A stretch of DNA of 63,807 nt, counting the filler, from Basidiobolus meristosporus CBS 931.73 (lineage: Eukaryota; Fungi; Basidiobolomycota): the NCBI GenBank assembly GCA_002104905.1. It is 3 parts of 3 records of this genome, joined end to end, with 100 filler letters (N's around TTAATTAATTAA, not from the genome) between each part and the next. Parts side by side here need not be neighbours in the genome. Positions count along the whole stretch, not along the records: positions 51,590 to 63,807 come from MCFE01001249.1; 2 more parts are not named here. The stretch is one strand, 5' to 3'. Shown piece by piece: positions 57,886 through 63,807 of the stretch. A program made the position numbers and the translations under genes. The first letter of the stretch is position 1; each line of letters begins with the position of its first letter. The notes beneath the pieces were generated by a model, which saw nothing but the letters and a program-made list of their open reading frames with translations, did no database searches and was not told where the DNA came from.

Positions 57886-59749
57886 ATGGTTTCGAAAAGG
57901 ATAGCCCTGTCGCTTAAGAGCGCCAATCGAGGAATTCTAAGGACCCCGCTTGGTGAGTTCACAGTAATCAAGTCTCTAGGGGAAGGCAGTTACGGAAAAG
58001 TCAAGCTGATTATGAGTTTGGCAACGAAAGAGAAGGTGAATTTGCTGTGCGCTTTCGTCTCATCGACGCTGCATATTAAGGAGCTCATTGTGTTGCTTCT
58101 TTAGTACGCCGTGAAGATCATACAGCGACAGATCCGGCGAGGTGCAGTATACGATGCAAAGAAAACAAAATCAATGGAACGGCGAGTGCTTCGTGAAGCT
58201 AACATGGCCCGGCTTCTTGCTCACCCCAATATCGTGACGCTAAAGAATTTCCGTGTAACAACCACTCATTACTATTTGTTCTATGAGTACGTTGATGGGT
58301 GCCAACTGGCGAATAAGATTGGCAAGCGAGGGCTGTCCGAAGACAGAGCACAGCGCTACTTCACGCAGATTGTGGCCGCTTTAAGTAAGTAGACTCCAAG
58401 CCTCCCCAGCCCAGAGCTGGTGCGCAAATGTACTCAACAACATACACAGGTTATTGCCACAGCTTCAATATTACCCATCGTGATATCAAGATTGAGGTAA
58501 GCCGGGTTCATTTACCGTGGACCGTATGCACCAGGCCTAATGTCTCGAGGCAGAATATCCTTGTAGATAAGGACGACAATATTAAATTAATCGATTTCGG
58601 ACTGGCCAATTTCTACAACCGAAATGCGGTTCTAAAAACTGCTTGTGGTTCTCTGCCCTATACAGCGCCAGAGATTCTGCGTGGAGAGCCCTATGTCGGT
58701 CAGTAGCCAGCGCATGGGCATTTATCCCACTTTTCTCACCACTAAACTACTTTCTAGGACCTGAGGTTGACATATGGTCGCTGGGTGAGTAAACATCCTT
58801 GTATGTGTGACATTGCAAAGCTGACTTTGCTCTGCAGGCGTAGTACTTTTTGTGATGGTTGCTGGATATCTACCATTTGGTGACCCGTCTAGGCCAAAGA
58901 ACCTTGAGCGGGTGATGACCGGGAAAGTCAAGTACCCCGGTAAAATAACCACTGGTAATTGTCTCCCCTATTCCATCAGGTCTATGCATGCTGAATACTA
59001 AGCCGGTGCTTTCAGAGTGCAAGAATTTGCTTGCTCGTTGCTTGGACCCTAATCGGAAGCGACGAGTGACTATAGCCGATGTTTATCAACACAAATTTCT
59101 TGTGGTAACGGGTGTAGCACCCTCATTGCCATTCTATGACCCATTGCAGAGTATCTCTCTTCCGCGTGAGATAGATCCCCAAATCATCGTTGAGATGAGC
59201 GCATGCTTATACCAAACGGAGGCAGAGATTCGACAGTTGTTGGAGAAAGAGTTAGAGTTAAGTGGCGAGGATACAAGCTTTCCTGAGCGAGTGCTAGTAA
59301 AAAGAACGCCCATAACTTCACTATATGAGTTGATCTCACGCAGCCTGGAGCTACTAGAGGCCGATCAGAGTGATGACGATGACAGTACACTTGGTCTACA
59401 GGCCCGGCACATAAATGAGGCAAGCTTGCTCATATACCTCAATCACTGCGTGGTTACATTTTCCAAGGAAAAAGCATCAGTCCTGTTAGCCAAGATGATC
59501 CGTTTTTTAGATGATAATCAATTCCCATACATACTGGACTCGAAGTCCAAGATGATCTGTCAACATTCCCCTTCCCTGACGGACGCCCATTGGACACTGG
59601 TCGAGAAGAAAACCTTTTCGGCGAAAATCAAGGTAGTGGACATCCCAAGTACAAGCAAGTCTGCAGTGGTGGTTAAGAGACTGGCTGGGAATAAAAAGCA
59701 GTTTCGTCTGTTCCGTGGGTTCATCCGAGGTGTACTCAAACAGATGTGA
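57886..59749 (+). CDS. CAMK-group Ser/Thr kinase, KIN1/MARK/SNF1-like, with a KA1-like C-terminus; multi-exon
   Basis: GEGSYGKV, YAVK, HRDIKIEN, DFG, TACGSLPYTAPE and PEVDIWSLG spread over about 7 exons. C-terminal VKRLAGNKKQF resembles KA1. Confidence 0.9.
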
Positions 59750-61261
59750 ACGTCGAACGGTTTCGTAGTTGGTTTCAATTCTTCCCTAGAGTTCTTGTTG
59801 CACGTGCGGTTTTTACTCTGGTCATTTTTGGGCTAGACCAGTTGTTATTCTTTTGTATCTGAAGAGTATTCCCCAGTTCCGTATCTCTAATAAATCAGCC
59901 ACCGAGTTGACAATCCACTGCTGGAGTGTACCATTTGGCCCTAGTGCATATGTAGGATGGGTTGCGCTCACTGCATCTTAAAAATCTGAATCATGTTGCT
60001 TGAGCGAGGTTACATCACTTTCTACCCAATGATGCCAGAAATAGTCAAGGTTACTTGGAATGTATTAAGCCCTAACCCTAAATGGAATACCTAGTGCTTC
60101 GTGGTACTGTAGGAACGAACTACTATCAACCATATGGCACGTTTTATCCTTGGCCAATTTGATTGGTTTGAAGAGGACCTGGGCTTCAATGCTATGTGAT
60201 ATTTCGCCGAGTCTTCGGAATGGTACGGTGAAAAGTTAGGAAAAGTCTTATCCACGTTTTTCCACGCCTTTCCAGTGCCCACTCCTGAGGAATCCCATAG
60301 AGTGAAACAGAGAGGCATGTTAGCCAAGATATGGGAAGATGTGTTCAAGCCCCGGGGCATTTTAGATGACTTCCATAACCATTGGCTATTTGGCATTTGC
60401 AAAATCCTAGACCACGGACAAATAACTCTAGTGCAATTAATTGAAAGCCCTAATGAGTTTCCCCACCATTAGCCCAATGTGAAAATGCACTCTATCAAAA
60501 ATTCGGTGTAATTAGTCATTTGCATAGCCAATATAGTAGTAACTGTAGAGTGTTCTCTTGTGCGTGATCAGGGAGACTTAATATGATGATCTGTATAAAG
60601 GCTTACTGTCAGCATATAGTAATAGGCATGGTCTTCCAGATTTGTGGATCGCACTGCTACTCATACCCAATGCTTCATTTTGCAAAATTACTGATTAGCT
60701 TGGAAATTGTATGCGATTCTGTGTTGTAAATTTTGTACTTACACATAAATATTTATATTAACTTATCATTGTATTATAGTCCATCAATATGCCTATTTCC
60801 AGCCCAAGCTCATATAAGCTTTTTGGAATAGTTTTACCAAGATATCAAAGCTCAAGAAGCTCTTTAAAAGCCCCCCTTTACACACACAGACAAGCTCTTG
60901 ATTATTACCACATATATGGAAATGCTGTCTCGTTCAGACCATGAACAAGTATATATGCTCCACTTACATGCAATAAATCTTGAAGTGAAAACTTTGTAAT
61001 ATACTGGGTCCTCAAGTCTTACCATCACTTAGGACTTCCTGAAAATGTATTAGTGAGCACATTTTGCTTGTATCCTAAGATATCCAATAGCCTTTTTGAC
61101 TGTGTAACCTGGAAGGTCCTAGAGTATATGAGCAAAGCTTGAGACTTATTTATATAGTTAGTACTAGCATTTTATAAAGTCTGAGTCATCATGGCAGTCA
61201 TGAAGATTAGCCTGTAAAGGGTACCAGACATTATTGCAAGGATTCCTCTGGAAAGTAATAT

Positions 61262-61596
61262 TGTCTTAAGAGTTTTGGAGATATTAGAAGTGGTTGGGAG
61301 AACAAGTAGTTTATGTAGGTTTCACCTAATGATTTATTGAAAGTAAAAGTGGTATTTGAGATTTTACATGGTCTTGCAAGAGCAGACACTTGTATGAGCC
61401 TGAGTAGGTCTCTAGAGTATGTGTGCAAGTTTTGGGGCTGTTTGGACATCTGTGCAAAATTTCTTGTTCTGGGTAGCTGATATTTGATGAAAAAATTCTT
61501 AGTAATTCCCAACAAGAAGTTTGGTCACAATTCTCTAAATATATAGGTAATGATCCAAGTTACTAAGTTAGGCTTTTGATTACAAACTTTACAACA
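61262..61596 (-). repeat. Older solo LTR of the same copia family
   Basis: Matches the other LTRs (gagttttggagatattagaagtggttgggagaacaagtag...ttacaaca) with more divergence; no internal sequence flanks it. Confidence 0.85.
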
Positions 61597-61699
61597 AGTG
61601 TAAGTATGTAGTTTTCACACATACTACTTATATAGCTTAAGCTACTACATGGCTCACTGTTGATTTACCAGCTGTTGACTTGAAAGTTTGTCACATATT

Positions 61700-63807
61700 C
61701 ACTAATTTTAAAAACCAGCAAAGACCTGGGGGCTAGCAATGCTCTAGGCTTATCCAGAGGACTAACTGTCTTACACACAGTGCTCTACAGCTATCCTGAA
61801 GTTGGTTTTTCATTGGTTCCACAAATTCCTCTGAAAGTGTAATACTGCTATTTAAAATATTTAAAGCAACAACAGGAAGTTTAGCAATTTTTCACTTCTC
61901 CAAGTTACTGTTGATGCTCCTTGGGGTTTTGTGGTACTCTATTTTATTACTTTAGAGCATCTTCTTCTACATCTTTTGGGTGTGTATGCTTCTCCCATTA
62001 AGCTATCACAAAGCACTTTTTCCTGCAACATCATTGCTTTACTTACTTGTAGGATCTCCATACTACCTACATCCAAGGATTAGGAGGGTGTGATAGAAGA
62101 TATGCCTTTCACTGCAAGCTCATCCACCACACAGGAATATTTGGCAACTGGCTCTAATTCATTATTCCCCATGGATAATAATTTGGTCCCATGGGTGGAT
62201 CCAATCTGGATCAGCTATCAAGATCCCAAGATGAAGCTGTCATATTGCTGGCAGCTTGCAATTATTAACCCTCTTTACAATCCACAACTACTGTTGGTAT
62301 TCCACGTATGGTTCAAACCAAAAAAGTCTATGGCCTCCTGCTTACTAACCTCAGCATACATGCACTCCTGCTGCAATTGACGCACTTCTATCACCTCATC
62401 TTTACAGCTTTTTAGTGTGACACTTGCAAATTTTCCACACACTTAGTATTGCAGGTAACATATACATCTTACAAACATATGCTTAGTTGTTGCCACTTTT
62501 GCCATGAATGCCTCTTGAATATCTGCAAAATACTTTTGGTACTTAGCTAATCAATGCTTCTTTCCATCCAGATTTTAGCCCCCCTTATTGGTATACTGAT
62601 GTCCAAGTCTATATAAGTTCTGTATTAAATGGTATGGAAGTTAGCTTGTGCCCAGAAGAAACCTGGTATACTTTGGTAAACCTGTCATAATAAGAACTAG
62701 TTGCTTGTTGCATCCAACACTACTTTGTATGTTGATGCACAACTGGTCTCTGCATGTGTACCTCTGTCCTCATTATTTTTCAACTCTTCCTGGCTGTCCT
62801 CCATGTGCCAACTCATCAAATCTATGACAGACTTCATGGTAATATTGCTGATTAGATTGAGATATGGCAGTGCTTGTAACTTACCTTGTCTTCCTATCTC
62901 CCCACACATCCACTCCATAGGAAACTCACAAAAGGTGAAGCAAGGTCCAATATTTTCCACTCACCAAACAAGATGGTGTAGCATATGGATGCAATAGCAG
63001 CAGAGATCTTCATGCTTGGCCTTATGCTTGTAGTATAGCCTCATGAATCCCATAACAAACTCCTTGCATAAAAGCTGCAAATGTGCAAAATATGCATTGG
63101 TGATCAGCTTGTGGATAAATATTTCTATACTGTCCATATATGACTCCCAATGCTTCTGGTGTATTATGAGTAGAAATTGCTTACAGAGGTAACATGAATT
63201 AGTACATATCCAGTCATACAGTCCTTGCTTTTGCATTGTTGAATATGCATATAAGTATTGATAGGAGCTTGTGAGAAGTACTTTGGGTAATTGATACTCT
63301 GTAATGCATTGCCAGTTCTATCAAATCTTCATGTATCTCAAAGGGCTAATTTAACATGAAACATCCCACATATTACTTGGTCATTAGTATAGGAATATTG
63401 CTCAAGAGCAAATGTGTTGCTCCCAGTGAAAAGCTTTTGCTTCAACATATTCACCTCTATCTTTAGTGTCTCCAGCTTTTAATTGTTCCATATCCTGGCC
63501 AATGGCATCCAGCTTGGCAGCTTTGCTGCAATTGCATGCTCACTTATGTATATTCTCTCTTTGGGAGGAGGATACTCTTAGTATTGGTGTTTGGAAATAA
63601 TAATGTGTGTGAGTTTTGAAGCAAATCCCCTGGATTTAAGACATTCCTCAGCAATACCATCCCTTGTGCCCAGAAAAGCTGGCTATTGAGCTAATGGATG
63701 GGGTATTCACAATACAGATAGTAATATGTGCTTTAACATGATGGTCACATACAGGTATTCTGCAGAGAGCATACAAAACTAATCTGGCAATATATATAAG
63801 TAGATAT
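61700..63807 (-). mobile_element. Decayed CACTA/EnSpm-type DNA transposase remnant
   Basis: SGHKGWYC* (GHxG..C motif) near 63650 and HMLHHLVW*VENIGPCFTFCEFPMEWMCGEI (cf. HxLxHL...GP...WxFPxERxxG). Many stops; CpG-poor. The left boundary is approximate. Confidence 0.75.

Overview
Eukaryotic genomic DNA with short (55-106 bp) GT-AG introns and fungal-type genes. It is most likely from an early-diverging fungus (Zoopagomycota/Mucoromycota-like; this is inference, no search was run). The window has three contigs joined by two artificial 100-bp gaps (N44-TTAATTAATTAA-N44). 1-29.3 kb is gene-rich: CorA/ALR-type Mg transporter, stand-alone SET protein, SCAMP, a decayed histone H3 copy, a BED-finger/hAT-derived gene lacking the catalytic domain, an intronless CAT-type amino-acid permease, an AIG1-like membrane protein, a five-repeat Myb protein and a single-RRM protein that both begin with mitochondrial-presequence-like N-termini, NDUFA13, POL31, a tiny Cys-rich protein, isocitrate lyase, NTF2 and a Pcl-type cyclin. 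29.45-41.07 kb is a CpG-poor nest of defective Ty1/copia elements with 349-bp LTRs. Two elements lie in tandem sharing one LTR, and the primer-binding site (GGTTATGAGCC) is of the half-tRNA-iMet (copia/Ty5, hemivirus) type. 41.5-51 kb holds two surface proteins, a TCD/ThiF-family gene with degenerate ATP-binding residues, RPL41 (missed by the ORF track), a long chromodomain protein resembling Chp1, and MRPL22. 52-63.8 kb holds an HSL-family esterase, a 99-aa protein with a LIR-like motif, a KIN1/MARK-like kinase, a solo LTR and a decayed CACTA transposase. The best candidates for new biology are the putative mitochondrion-targeted 5R-Myb/RRM pair, the Chp1-like chromodomain protein, and the tandem hemivirus-type elements whose PBS ATG and LTR ORF are in frame with gag. 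All exon models were built by eye.
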